Source: Planctomycetales bacterium
GTDB lineage: Bacteria > Planctomycetota > Planctomycetia > Pirellulales > Thermoguttaceae
Assembly (NCBI GenBank): GCA_007126245.1
Contig: SLBP01000069.1
Location: 1 to 48,580 of the forward strand
DNA length: 48,580 bases
Direction of reading: 5' to 3'
Shown: one piece after another, positions 7,301 to 15,280 of the stretch
Layout of the letters: each line of letters begins with the position of its first letter
How positions within the stretch are numbered: position 1 is the stretch's first letter
Position numbers and translations under genes: made by a program
Notes under the pieces: model-generated
What the model was told of the DNA's origin: nothing
Databases searched by the model: none
The model's input: the letters and a program-made list of their open reading frames with translations, nothing else

Positions 7301-10190
7301 AGACCTCGGGCATGCGATCGAGGAGCGCCAAGTTGTGGGGACTGTCCCAGGGCTGGTCGCGGCGGTATTGCTCGTAGAGGTCGGCTGCTTCCAGGAACGG
7401 CAGCAGCGCCACGCGCCAACTGTAGGGCGTCTCGCCGGGGCCGGTAAGGACTGGGGGCGGAAAGCTGTGATGGGCATCGTGATAGTTGTGCAGGGCGATG
7501 CCGATTCGCGCCAATCGCCTGCCCGCCTCCTGTCGGAGTTCAGCTTCCGGATCGAGCGGTTCCTCGCTACGCGGCACCGGATCGGGACCGGCGGCGCCGT
7601 AATCGAAACCCGCCGGCGGGCGTCGCGGCGCGCGAGGGGGACCGGCCAATTCGAATTTTGTCGCGCCGTCGACGGTCTCCCGCTTCACCGGCTGGCCCGA
7701 GGCCCGCTGGACGAGCGCCGAGAGGGCGGCTGCGTCGCTCCTCTCGGAAACAAAGGAGACGCTGCCGTCGGCGAAGAGGGCATGGAAGCCTCCGGGGAAG
7801 TAGCCGCCCAACTCGGGCAGCGGCTCCTCCGGATGGAAGGGGAGATCCTCCGGTTTCGTCCAGGGAACCTCCCGCTCCGCCTCGACCAGGAGGATGGTGT
7901 TCATCGTGCCGTCAGGGATCGCGGAAAATGGCACTCCGTCGAGTCCGTGCGGAGTGGTATAGGCCGAGTGTGCGGATCCCATCATCCCCGCGCCTCCCAT
8001 CATCCCCGCCCCCGACATCCCCATAGGCATCTGCCTGGGCGGGGACGGGTCCCAGGCGGTACCGGGGCCGACGAGGGCAAAGACCGAGGTGTTGGTCGAG
8101 TCGTCGGCGTCCTTGGGGGAACGGTAGACCTCGGGCATGCGATCGAGGAGCGCCAAGTTGTGGGGACTGTCCCAGGGCTGGTCACGGCGGTATTGCTCGT
8201 AGAGGTCGGCTGCTTCCAGGAACGGCAGCAGCGCCACGCGCCAACTGTAGGGCGTCCCGCCGGAGCCGGTAAGGACCGGGGGCGGAAAACTGCGATGGGC
8301 ATCGTGATAGTTATGCAGGGCGATGCCGATCTGCTGCAACCGCCTGGCCGCCTCCTGCCGGAGTTCGGCCTCCGGATCGAGCGGTTCCTCGCTGGGGGGC
8401 ACGACTTGGGGTGGCGTCTCCGGGGCAACGCGACGCAGTTGCAGGAAAAGTACCGCAGGCGCATCGGCGCGGGGCTCGACCGATGTAGGTCGCTCGCCAT
8501 CCTCCTGCTGTTGCAGCGCGAGACGGAGGTGGTCGTTCTCCAGCGCGTAGATCCCGCGTTTGATCATCTCTCGGCCATCGGACTCTACCTCGTGCATGTC
8601 GATCGCCTTGCGTTCGGGATCGAGCGTGAACACACCGACAATGACAATCGTCTCGGACCGGCCCTCCATCTCCTCGATCAACTCGAACCGGTCATCCCGA
8701 AAGACTAGCCTGGGCGAGGTGAAGATGATCGAGCCAAGCAGTTCCCGCTTGCCCTGGATCACCGACGTGGCCTCCCAGGTACCCTGGATCGCCTCCCGGT
8801 CGGGCATGGTGGTCGGAAGCGTTACCGTGACGTTCCCCTCCTCGTCCACCTGGGCGTGTGCCCCGGCGGGGACCTCGACGCGCGTGGCCTTGCCGTCACG
8901 CACGATGGTAATCACGATCCCCAAGGCAACGGCCGCAGCCACGCCGGCCAGCGCCAGGCCCACTGCCGTGAGCAGGCGCGAGGGGCGCCAGCGGACCGGC
9001 TGGGTCGCTCTTGGCGGCGCGGCCGAGGGCTCCTCCGCCTTCGCCCCTGCCGCAACGACTCCCGCCAGGTCGGCATCTACGGTGAAGGGCGCCAACGCCG
9101 CGGCCAGCTCGGCGGGCGTGGCGAAGCGGTCGGCGGGGTCTTTGGCCAGGAGCCGCTCGACGATGGCCGCTACGCCGGCGGGCACGTGCGGGGCCAGCCG
9201 GCGGAGCGGCGGGGCCGTGGCGTGGACGTGGGCGTGGAGCTTCTCCAGCGTCCCCGAGTGCTCGGGGGCCATGAAAGGGGCCCGCCCGGTGAGGAGCTTG
9301 TAGAGCGTGCAGCCGAGGCTGTAGAGGTCGGCGCGGATGTCGACGGTGTGGCTGTCGCGGACCTGCTCGGGGGCCATGTAGTCGGCGGTCCCCATGGCCT
9401 GGCCGGTGGAGGTCATCTCCTCACCGGCGGCCGCCTCGGCGTTGAGCAGCGCGAGGCCGAGATCGAGGAGCTTCACCTCGCCCGCCGTGCTGAGCATGAC
9501 GTTCGAGGGCTTCACGTCGCGGTGGACGAATCCATGTTCGTGGACGTAGTCGAGGGCCAGGGCCGCCCGCCGCACGATCTCGCAGGCATCGGCGAGGGCC
9601 AGCGGTCCTCGCCGCCGAAGCAACTCGGCCAGGTCGCAGCCCTCGACGAACTCCATCACCAGCAGCATCTCGCCGTCGATCTCGCGGGCGTCGTAGGCGT
9701 GGACGATGTTGGGGTGGTTCAGCCGGCCGACGGCCTTCATCTCGCGGGCGAAACGGGCCAGGGCCTGGGGGTCGTCGAGCCGGTGCTTGGGGAGGACCTT
9801 CAGGGCCACGACACGGTCCAGCCGCGTGTGGAGGGCCAGGTACACGCGGCCCATCCCCCCGCGGCCCAGTTCCTCGATGACCTCGTACTCTCCCAGCATG
9901 CGGCCGCCTGCCATGCCCGCTTCGGCCGTTTCCCCTTCCCTGCCACCCATTGCCCGCACCCGCGCCAGCGCCAACCGGCACTGCGACTCCCCCTCGAACG
10001 GGTCGGTTGCCCCCGGCTGCCGGAGCTGCTCGACGAAGGTATCGGCGGCATCGTCGATGGTGGCGATTTCGGCCTGGCAGTCGGGGCAGGTTTCGAGGTG
10101 CTCCGCCACGGCCTCGGCCGCCCGTTCGTCGATCTTCCCCACCGCGTAGGCATGGAGCGCTTCGCGCCGCGGGCAGGTGATGCTGTTCAT
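3711..10190 (-). CDS. giant multidomain protein: N-terminal anti-sigma-like zinc finger + Ser/Thr protein kinase + TM helix + beta-rich domain + tandem pseudopilin-like modules (5x DUF1559 core, 2x T2SS GspG-like, 2x ExbD/TolR-like)
   Basis: Single 2159-aa ORF. N-terminus: C-x13-H-x3-C-x2-C (CPRREALHAYAVGKIDERAAEAVAEHLETCPDCQ). Kinase motifs: LGRGGMGRVYLA, VALKVL, HRDVKPSNVML, DLGLA, GTADYMAPEQ. TM helix: LLTAVGLALAGVAAAVALGIVITIV. DUF1559 motifs occur five times: IGIALHNYHD..FPP, WRVALLPFLE, DSTNTSVFALVGPGTAWD, DGTSNTILLVEAEREVPWTKP, GGFHALFADGSVSFVSE. GspG C-terminal-like segments occur twice (QIQNL.QALELFRLDCGRYPTTEEGLHALIERP...PRDPWGNEYRY). ExbD-like segments occur twice (VIEIDASGAIRVDG..YDLVA.RQLLED). 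Confidence 0.85.
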   Translation of the reverse strand: MNSITCPRREALHAYAVGKIDERAAEAVAEHLETCPDCQAEIATIDDAADTFVEQLRQPGATDPFEGESQCRLALARVRAMGGREGETAEAGMAGGRMLGEYEVIEELGRGGMGRVYLALHTRLDRVVALKVLPKHRLDDPQALARFAREMKAVGRLNHPNIVHAYDAREIDGEMLLVMEFVEGCDLAELLRRRGPLALADACEIVRRAALALDYVHEHGFVHRDVKPSNVMLSTAGEVKLLDLGLALLNAEAAAGEEMTSTGQAMGTADYMAPEQVRDSHTVDIRADLYSLGCTLYKLLTGRAPFMAPEHSGTLEKLHAHVHATAPPLRRLAPHVPAGVAAIVERLLAKDPADRFATPAELAAALAPFTVDADLAGVVAAGAKAEEPSAAPPRATQPVRWRPSRLLTAVGLALAGVAAAVALGIVITIVRDGKATRVEVPAGAHAQVDEEGNVTVTLPTTMPDREAIQGTWEATSVIQGKRELLGSIIFTSPRLVFRDDRFELIEEMEGRSETIVIVGVFTLDPERKAIDMHEVESDGREMIKRGIYALENDHLRLALQQQEDGERPTSVEPRADAPAVLFLQLRRVAPETPPQVVPPSEEPLDPEAELRQEAARRLQQIGIALHNYHDAHRSFPPPVLTGSGGTPYSWRVALLPFLEAADLYEQYRRDQPWDSPHNLALLDRMPEVYRSPKDADDSTNTSVFALVGPGTAWDPSPPRQMPMGMSGAGMMGGAGMMGSAHSAYTTPHGLDGVPFSAIPDGTMNTILLVEAEREVPWTKPEDLPFHPEEPLPELGGYFPGGFHALFADGSVSFVSERSDAAALSALVQRASGQPVKRETVDGATKFELAGPPRAPRRPPAGFDYGAAGPDPVPRSEEPLDPEAELRQEAGRRLARIGIALHNYHDAHHSFPPPVLTGPGETPYSWRVALLPFLEAADLYEQYRRDQPWDSPHNLALLDRMPEVYRSPKDVDDSTNTSVFALVGPGTVWDPATTRAMMTMAMGGGLPADAKGVPIQEIRDGTSNTILLVEAEREIPWTKPEDYPFHPDEPLPELGGYFPGGFHALFADGSVSFVSERTEGDALSALFRRASGLPVKRETVDGATVFELLAPPPARPRAPPVIEIDASGAIRVDGEQYDLVAFRQLLEDQRPRRALIRASPDTPYAPIREILELLTRMRVEVTLLRRALQPDKDQIDHISAQTQIQNLRQALELFRLDCGRYPTTEEGLHALIERPSSLPENAAWNGPYVRSDAVPRDPWGNEYRYKYPHTRGTDSEKPLLWSSGPDGEDGTADDITSSTAERPSLPDSETARRLRKLVFGLTSYHDSRRGFPPAVLQGPGEEPYSWRVALLPMVGESDLYSQYRRDEPWDSPHNLALLDRMPEVYRSPRDAEDSTNTSVFALVGPGTAWDPPCTEELVDAGLNVPPADEAPAQGVPLPLMHDSAMNTILLVEAKREVPWTRPDDISFDPEDPFAHLGGLYSNGFHAAFADGSVDFISEQTEGPALCALVQRASGQAARGEAVDGTTVFQLVSDQEAIQGTWEFLSVMRGGQERVQLRSGPRTVTFREDRYELVEWDRGQDTIRVGRFELDPQRQAIDLISTSRGREHSFAAIYELDLHRLRIAIDPEGRERPAAMDSAGDGRHEVWDLRRVGVGPATKPPSFPAGQPDLSPETSLRQEAAGRLAKLGIALHEYHDMHGRFPPATLRGPNDTSYSWRIALLPFLDAADLYEQYRRDEPWDSPHNLALLDQMPEVYRSPQDTDESTNTSVFALVGPGTAWDPSPPQQRPMEMGGMSGSASIAPPADAAQRENEGVPITTFFDGTSNTILLVEAEREVPWTKPGDLPFHPDEPLPELGSYFPGGFHALFADGSVSFVSEKTEGDALSVLFRRASGQPVKRETVDGATKFELAAPPPAPPRSSVDEIDWPVIEIDASGAIRVDGRRYDLVALRQLLEDRQPARTIVEASADTPYTSVRELLDVLSKAGVEVIIKQTVRPDKEHISTQKQIQNLQQALELFRLDCGRYPTTEEGLHALIERPAGLPEDAAWNGPYVRSDVVPRDPWGNEYRYEHPPTRGTDSEKPLIWSLGPDGEDGTADDITSWTAERPSLPDSETASRLRKLVFGLTSYHDSRRGYPPAVLQGPGEEHNPFGRSQAGGSVDQA
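5575..6660. repeat. intragenic segmental duplication, copy A (GspG-like domain 1 + DUF1559 module 3)
   Basis: Aligned by eye to 3487-4320 at roughly 92-95% identity, apart from one ~360-bp gap in the other copy. Both copies encode the same GspG-like and DUF1559 segments. Confidence 0.7.
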
Positions 10191-10511
10191 GGTACGTTCC
10201 CCGTACTGGTTACCGGCCGGCTCTCAATATCCAGCCTACAAGAAGAACGCCCTGGTCTGACAGGAGTTTTGTGGTGGCCTGGAATGTGGCGCGTGCCCGC
10301 CCCTGGAGGGGGGTGGATGAGGGGGCAGGCGATCCCCCGTGGCACCGCCATGGCGTCCTTGGTGCGGATGGCGCGGAGGCGAGGCCACGAATTCGTAGCG
10401 ATTCCGGCCGTTCTTTCCCTGGCCGAGTTGGCGAGGCTGCGGCAGGGGCTGGACGTGCCGGTCGCAAGGGGCGTACCTACCTGAGGAACCGTGCCGCGCC
10501 TCCCGCCGGCG

Positions 10512-12119
10512 TCAAAATGGGATCCCGTCGTCCCAGGGCGGTTCGGCGCGCCAGCGAGTGAGGAGGTGGTCGAGCCGGGCTTCCAGGTCGGCGCAGCGGA
10601 GGGCGAGGGGAGCGTGGAGGGAAGCGACCTCGTGCAGGGCTTCTGTCAGTGAGTCCAGGGCCGATTCGGCACTCGGCAGCAAACCGTAGACGAGGGCGTA
10701 GCGTAGCTCGGTGAAATGGCTTCGTAGCGAACGGCCCCGCTGGGCGCCGTCGGAGAGCGACTTGAATTCCTCGCACACCTCTGCCAGATGGGCGGCGATG
10801 CCGAAGAGGAGGATGGGGAATGCCCGCGCGAAGGGCAGCTCGTCGAGCGCCTGGTGATCGGAAAAGCTCTGCGTCCAGAGGCGGCGATCCTCGTCGTTCG
10901 TCTCCAGGTATTCCTCCGCGGGGATCTCGCCTTCGACGAAGGCTCGCTTCCGCCGGAGTTTTTCGTCGAACTGCCGATTGAATTCCTCCTGGCGGCGCTG
11001 TTCCTCCTCCCATTCCTCGCAGGTCTCGTAGAACGAGAAGGCGAAGTCGTCGTCCATTTGGGAGCCGTCGAGGTGCCAGAACGTAGGGCCGAATGTCTCG
11101 TCGGCCATCATCTCGCAGAGGGGGCAGTCGGGATCGACGATCGGCTCGCCCGGTGCGCAGGCCTCCGGCAGCCGCCGGCGTTCCCGGTCGATGATCGACG
11201 CCGGGGTGCGGCCGATGTGGTCCTCGTTCGGCCCGTTCAGCCAGTCCTGCCGGTATCGCTGCAGATGGTCCGTCTCGGCGGCAAGGTCGGCGGCAGCGAT
11301 CGGCCGGACGAGAAAGCGGTGGAGACCCTCCCAGAGGAGCTCCCGAACCAGCTCGTAGTAGAGGACGACCTCGTGCCTGCCGAATCCGCCGAAGCGGTAG
11401 GCGTGCGACTTCCGCGGGATGCCGGGAGGCGCCGAGCGAACGAAAGACCAGCGATGCTGCTGGAATTCGAGATCCCGGATCACGTGCCGGTGCCGCGCGT
11501 CGATCATCACTTCCCGCGGCGTGCGGCCGGCGAGGTCATCGCGGGGAGTCATCAACCAGCGGGTGTGGAGATCGCGAACCAGTTGCTCGCTCCCGGCATC
11601 GTCGAGCTCCGCCAGGCCGTCCTGCCGCTCGTGGAGCTCGCGGGCGAGGAATGCCGGCAGCCGGCCATAGAGCACGGCCCGTTCATCGGCCGGATCCGCA
11701 GGCGGCTCGCGGTCCTCCCAGAGACGGCCCCAGGAGGCATCGTCGTGGTCGTGGATCACCCAGTCGTCGGCGAGGGAGTAGGGGAGCCCGATTTCGGTGT
11801 CGCAATGGCCGTTGTGCCAGGAGACGGTTCCTTCGCGGGCGCAGCAGGAGGCGGTCGACGTCCAGGCGATGCGGCGGCCGACCAGGTCGATGACGAAGAG
11901 CCCGGCATCGTAGGGCTTTTCGTTGAGGCCGTTGCGGAAGTGGGCGAAGGCGGTGCCGTCTTCGTCGATGTGACGGTAGCGGCCCACGGCGAGTGCGAGC
12001 TCTTCGATGGTTTGGGGATCGGATGCCAGCGCCGCGACGATGCGGTCTCCCTCGGACCAGTGCACGCAGCCGTGGATGGTCCTGTCCGCCGCCAGGAGAT
12101 TGAGCCTGATGTCGCTCAT
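10512..12119 (-). CDS. hypothetical protein (535 aa), acidic C-terminal half, no family recognised
   Basis: Track ORF 10512..12446. The likely start is the internal ATG at 12119 (MSDIRLNLLAADRTIHGC...), which is preceded by GGAGG. The upstream 109 codons look like non-coding translation. Codon usage is consistent with neighbouring genes. Confidence 0.5.
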   Translation of the reverse strand: MSDIRLNLLAADRTIHGCVHWSEGDRIVAALASDPQTIEELALAVGRYRHIDEDGTAFAHFRNGLNEKPYDAGLFVIDLVGRRIAWTSTASCCAREGTVSWHNGHCDTEIGLPYSLADDWVIHDHDDASWGRLWEDREPPADPADERAVLYGRLPAFLARELHERQDGLAELDDAGSEQLVRDLHTRWLMTPRDDLAGRTPREVMIDARHRHVIRDLEFQQHRWSFVRSAPPGIPRKSHAYRFGGFGRHEVVLYYELVRELLWEGLHRFLVRPIAAADLAAETDHLQRYRQDWLNGPNEDHIGRTPASIIDRERRRLPEACAPGEPIVDPDCPLCEMMADETFGPTFWHLDGSQMDDDFAFSFYETCEEWEEEQRRQEEFNRQFDEKLRRKRAFVEGEIPAEEYLETNDEDRRLWTQSFSDHQALDELPFARAFPILLFGIAAHLAEVCEEFKSLSDGAQRGRSLRSHFTELRYALVYGLLPSAESALDSLTEALHEVASLHAPLALRCADLEARLDHLLTRWRAEPPWDDGIPF

Positions 12120-12454
12120 CGTCCGCCTCCAGGTTGAGGGAGGGGGTTCCAGGGACGGAGGAAGAGCCGTCGTGGTTGCCCGCACGCGGGTAAAGCCCGA
12201 TAGGGCTGCGCTTGGGGACCTGCCATCCGCCGACCCGCCGATGCGGCCATTCGACCCCAACAGCGGGGAAAAATCAAGTATGCCGGTGCGGGAATCTCGC
12301 GTGGCGTCGCGGGGAGGAGCGGCTTTGGGGTCGGCGCGGCGAGCGCCGTTTGACGATGGGGAACAGCCGCGTCTACCATATCTGCACGGTCGAGGAACTG
12401 CCGCGGGCTTCAGGGCCGAGGGCTTCTCGCCGCTTGCTCCGCGCACGAGATGCC

Positions 12455-13096
12455 ATGAAACCCAGCAACGCCGAACCGATCACGATCACGTCCGATCAGG
12501 TTACGGCGGCCACAGCCACGCTGGCGCGGGCGTTCGCCGATTACCCGGTCTTCGCCTACGTCTTCCCCAATCCCGCGGAGCGGAGCCGGCTGCTGCCGCG
12601 GTGCATCGAGCCGATGATCCGACACGAGGTGCGCCGGGGGACTTTGCAGGCGAGCTCGCCAGGGATCGAGGGGGTGGCAATGTGGCTTCCGCCCGACGAT
12701 GGCTTTCCCACGATGTGGGGGTTCCTCCGTTCCGGTCTCCTCTTCGACTTTCTTTCGCTGGGAGTCGGTTGCTGCTACCGGCTGCTGCGGGTCGCCTGCC
12801 TCGCCGGCCGCCTTCGCGATCGCCATGCTCCGCAGCCCCACTGGTACCTGCAGATCCTCGGCGTAGCTCCCGAGCACCAGGGGCAAGGCCATGCAGCCCG
12901 CCTCCTCGAGCCGATGCTCGCCCGCTTCGACGCCGAGCAGGTCGCCTGCTGTCTCGATACCGAGACGGCCGAGAACGTTGCCTATTACGAGCGTTTCGGC
13001 TTCCAGACGGTGGGCCGAGCGGTCCTGCACGGCAGCGATCTGACCTTCTGGTTCATGACCCGCCACCCCGCCTCGCGGCCGCAACGGGGAGCTTAG
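12455..13096 (+). CDS. GNAT-family N-acetyltransferase
   Basis: Track ORF 12212..13096. GNAT-like core: YLQILGVAPEHQGQGHAARLLEPML...YYERFGFQ. An alternative start is the in-frame ATG at 12356. Confidence 0.65.
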   Translation: MKPSNAEPITITSDQVTAATATLARAFADYPVFAYVFPNPAERSRLLPRCIEPMIRHEVRRGTLQASSPGIEGVAMWLPPDDGFPTMWGFLRSGLLFDFLSLGVGCCYRLLRVACLAGRLRDRHAPQPHWYLQILGVAPEHQGQGHAARLLEPMLARFDAEQVACCLDTETAENVAYYERFGFQTVGRAVLHGSDLTFWFMTRHPASRPQRGA

Positions 13097-13974
13097 GGAA
13101 AGCGGACGTCGATCTGTTGGGGGCCCTCGTCCCCGTCGAGCGACCCAGTCTGCTGGTGGAACTGCACGAGGGTCGCAATCTTCTCGGAAGCGGTGGCCTC
13201 TCCCGGCGGCTCCATCCCGAGGGTGCGGCCCCACAGGACCTGGGTGCCGCCGCGCGTGTAGAGGGCGAAGGTGTGCTGGCTGGGCTGGACGAAATCGTCT
13301 GCCGCTAAGGGCACGATTTCCCGCAGTCCCAGGGCATCCCAGGTCTCGCCGAAGGCCGTGACGATTTCGGCGGCGGCCACGACGCGGGCGTCGCCCCAGC
13401 GCTCGCCGGCCGTGGAGACGGGAATGGTCTCGATGCCGAGCAGGCGGGGGTAGCGGCTGGCCTCGACCGAGGAGAAGTCGCCGGTGGGGAGGAGGATGCC
13501 CTTGGCGTCGACGGGGTACCAGCCGCCGGGGACCTTGACCATGAGCACCGGGCGGCGGTAGCTCAGCTCCACGGAGACCCGCGCCGGGTGATGCTTGACG
13601 ACGCGGTGGACCGCCTCGACCCACGGATGCAGGGCGAAAGCCCGCGCGATCCGTTCGGTGAGGGCCTCGTCCATGATCGACACCGCTCCGTCGAATCCGG
13701 CGTCCCGAAAGACCTCGGCACGGATGTCGCGGTGGATCCAGCGAGGGGGCGGGGAGACGTCGACCTTCTCGTACGTGAGCCAGTAGTCGGCCGAGGATAG
13801 AAGGTCGGCCTCCACCTGCCGCCAGACGGCCAACCAGGCAAGGAAGAGCCCCGCGGCCAGCAGCAACCCCAAGAACCACGGACGGCCGGGACCCGCCAGG
13901 AGGCCGAGAAGACGGACGGCGCGGGTGCGGAGCGGCGAGGCCGGCGGTTGGGCTGCACTCTTTTTGGCCGCCAT
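13093..13974 (-). CDS. ftsQ: FtsQ/DivIB-like cell-division protein (cytoplasmic N-tail, single TM, POTRA-like + beta domain)
   Basis: Track ORF. Features: a basic N-terminal tail, a TM helix (FLGLLLAAGLFLAWLAVW), then a periplasmic domain. Its position immediately downstream of ddl in a murC-murB-ddl string is the canonical ftsQ position. Sequence similarity to FtsQ is weak, so the call rests on context. Confidence 0.5.
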   Translation of the reverse strand: MAAKKSAAQPPASPLRTRAVRLLGLLAGPGRPWFLGLLLAAGLFLAWLAVWRQVEADLLSSADYWLTYEKVDVSPPPRWIHRDIRAEVFRDAGFDGAVSIMDEALTERIARAFALHPWVEAVHRVVKHHPARVSVELSYRRPVLMVKVPGGWYPVDAKGILLPTGDFSSVEASRYPRLLGIETIPVSTAGERWGDARVVAAAEIVTAFGETWDALGLREIVPLAADDFVQPSQHTFALYTRGGTQVLWGRTLGMEPPGEATASEKIATLVQFHQQTGSLDGDEGPQQIDVRFP

Positions 13975-14073
13975 GGGGAGTTAAGGCGCCTTAGTTGGTG
14001 TCTGGTAGTTGGGGCCCGCTCCCAGACACCCGTCTGGCAACGCCCCGCCGTGCCGCTCCGCGCGTTCCGGAAG

Positions 14074-15153
14074 CTAGGCGGCGAGGCGCCGGCGGGCCGT
14101 TCGCCCCAGGGCTTCGCGTAGCATCCAGCCGCACAATTCGGCAAGGTTCATCCCCGCGCGGGCCGCAGCCATGGGAGCGAGGCTGTTTGCCGTCATTCCC
14201 GGAAGGGTGTTGACCTCGAGCACCCAAGCGGCACCGCGGTGGTCGAGGCGAAGGTCGACGCGGACCAGCCCGGCCGTCTCCAGAACCTCGGCCGCCGCTA
14301 CGGCCACGTAGGGGAGCCTATGAGCGAGAATCGGCGGCAGCGGCGGGTCGAAGTGATACTGCGTCCCAGCGGCCCCATACTTGGCCTCATAGTCGAAGAC
14401 CGCCCCAGGCGCCACAACCTCCAGGAGCGGCAGGGGGCGACGATCCAGCAGAGATACCGTGAACTCGCGGCCCGCCACAAAACGCTCGATCAGCACCGTC
14501 GGACCATAGCGCAGAGCCGCCTCGACGGCCCTTCCCAGTCCGCCCGCATCCTCGGCGACGGAGACGGCCAGACTGGAACCCTGGCCGTCCGGCTTGACGA
14601 TCAAGGGATAGCCCAGCCTTTCGGCCGCGGCGACCAGGTGTGGCTGGTTCGGGTGGACGTGGCGCTGAGTACCGGGCCCCTGGGGCCACCCCTTCGGTGC
14701 CGCCGCCGGGAATTGGGGTCGCCCGCCGCTCGCCCGGGCCTCCCGCCCCGCGGCGGGGCTGCCAATTACACCCCAGCGGGCGTCAAAGACGAAGAAGGCG
14801 GGGGTCGGGACCCCCTGGCGGTGGAAGCACGCTTTGGCGAGGGACTTATGCATCGCCCGCTGCGACGGCGCCGCGCCGCTGCCGGTATAGACGACTCCCA
14901 GACGGTCGAGTCGCTGCTGCAAACGCCCGTCCTCGCCCGCCCCCCCGTGCAAGGAGAGGAAGCAGAGGTCGTACGCCCGCCAGTCGATCGATTCGACTGC
15001 TGTCTCGGCGGGGTCGATGCGGGTCACGCGGTGGCCGGCGGCCCGCAAGGCTTCGTCGACTCGGGCCCCGCTGGCCAGGCTCACCTCCCGTTCGGCCGAG
15101 GTCCCCCCGCACAACAATGCCACCCGCAGGCAATCGTGGTCCGGCCGTTCCAT
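14074..15153 (-). CDS. ddl: D-alanine--D-alanine ligase
   Basis: Track ORF 14074..15312. The start is taken at the internal ATG 15153 (MERPDHDCLRVALLCGGTSAEREVSLASG...), preceded by GGGAGG. ATP-grasp Ddl motifs: LCGG.S.E.EVSL, YPLIVKP, FDYEAKY, EVNTLPGMT. The protein carries a ~45-aa low-complexity insertion. Confidence 0.85.
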   Translation of the reverse strand: MERPDHDCLRVALLCGGTSAEREVSLASGARVDEALRAAGHRVTRIDPAETAVESIDWRAYDLCFLSLHGGAGEDGRLQQRLDRLGVVYTGSGAAPSQRAMHKSLAKACFHRQGVPTPAFFVFDARWGVIGSPAAGREARASGGRPQFPAAAPKGWPQGPGTQRHVHPNQPHLVAAAERLGYPLIVKPDGQGSSLAVSVAEDAGGLGRAVEAALRYGPTVLIERFVAGREFTVSLLDRRPLPLLEVVAPGAVFDYEAKYGAAGTQYHFDPPLPPILAHRLPYVAVAAAEVLETAGLVRVDLRLDHRGAAWVLEVNTLPGMTANSLAPMAAARAGMNLAELCGWMLREALGRTARRRLAA

Positions 15154-15280
15154 GGCGGTTCCTCCCGCGACATCCCGTCGCCATAACGATTCGGCCCCTG
15201 GGCCGCTCCCCGGAATGGCCTCTTCAATGCGGCGCCGCCACCGATGCGGCGGCGCGGGCCGGGGTTCGCGGCTGCCGAGG

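Noticed and set aside
6762-8708. 648-aa plus-strand ORF inside the giant gene. The same applies to 4605..5396, 5457..6347, 8856..10484 and other plus-strand ORFs between 3700 and 10200.
   Set aside because: They lie antisense to the giant kinase/pseudopilin gene, whose frame carries clear domain motifs throughout. Their translations are low-complexity (R/G/P/A).
10191-10216. GGTAACC motif upstream of the giant gene start, resembling the inverted-repeat ends of the element
   Set aside because: Only the 7-bp palindrome GGTAACC is shared, with no hairpins or second inverted repeat. It is most likely coincidence.
12410-13879. 489-aa minus-strand ORF. The same applies to 12007..13308 (+).
   Set aside because: They overlap the GNAT and ftsQ-like genes in other frames and are compositionally aberrant.
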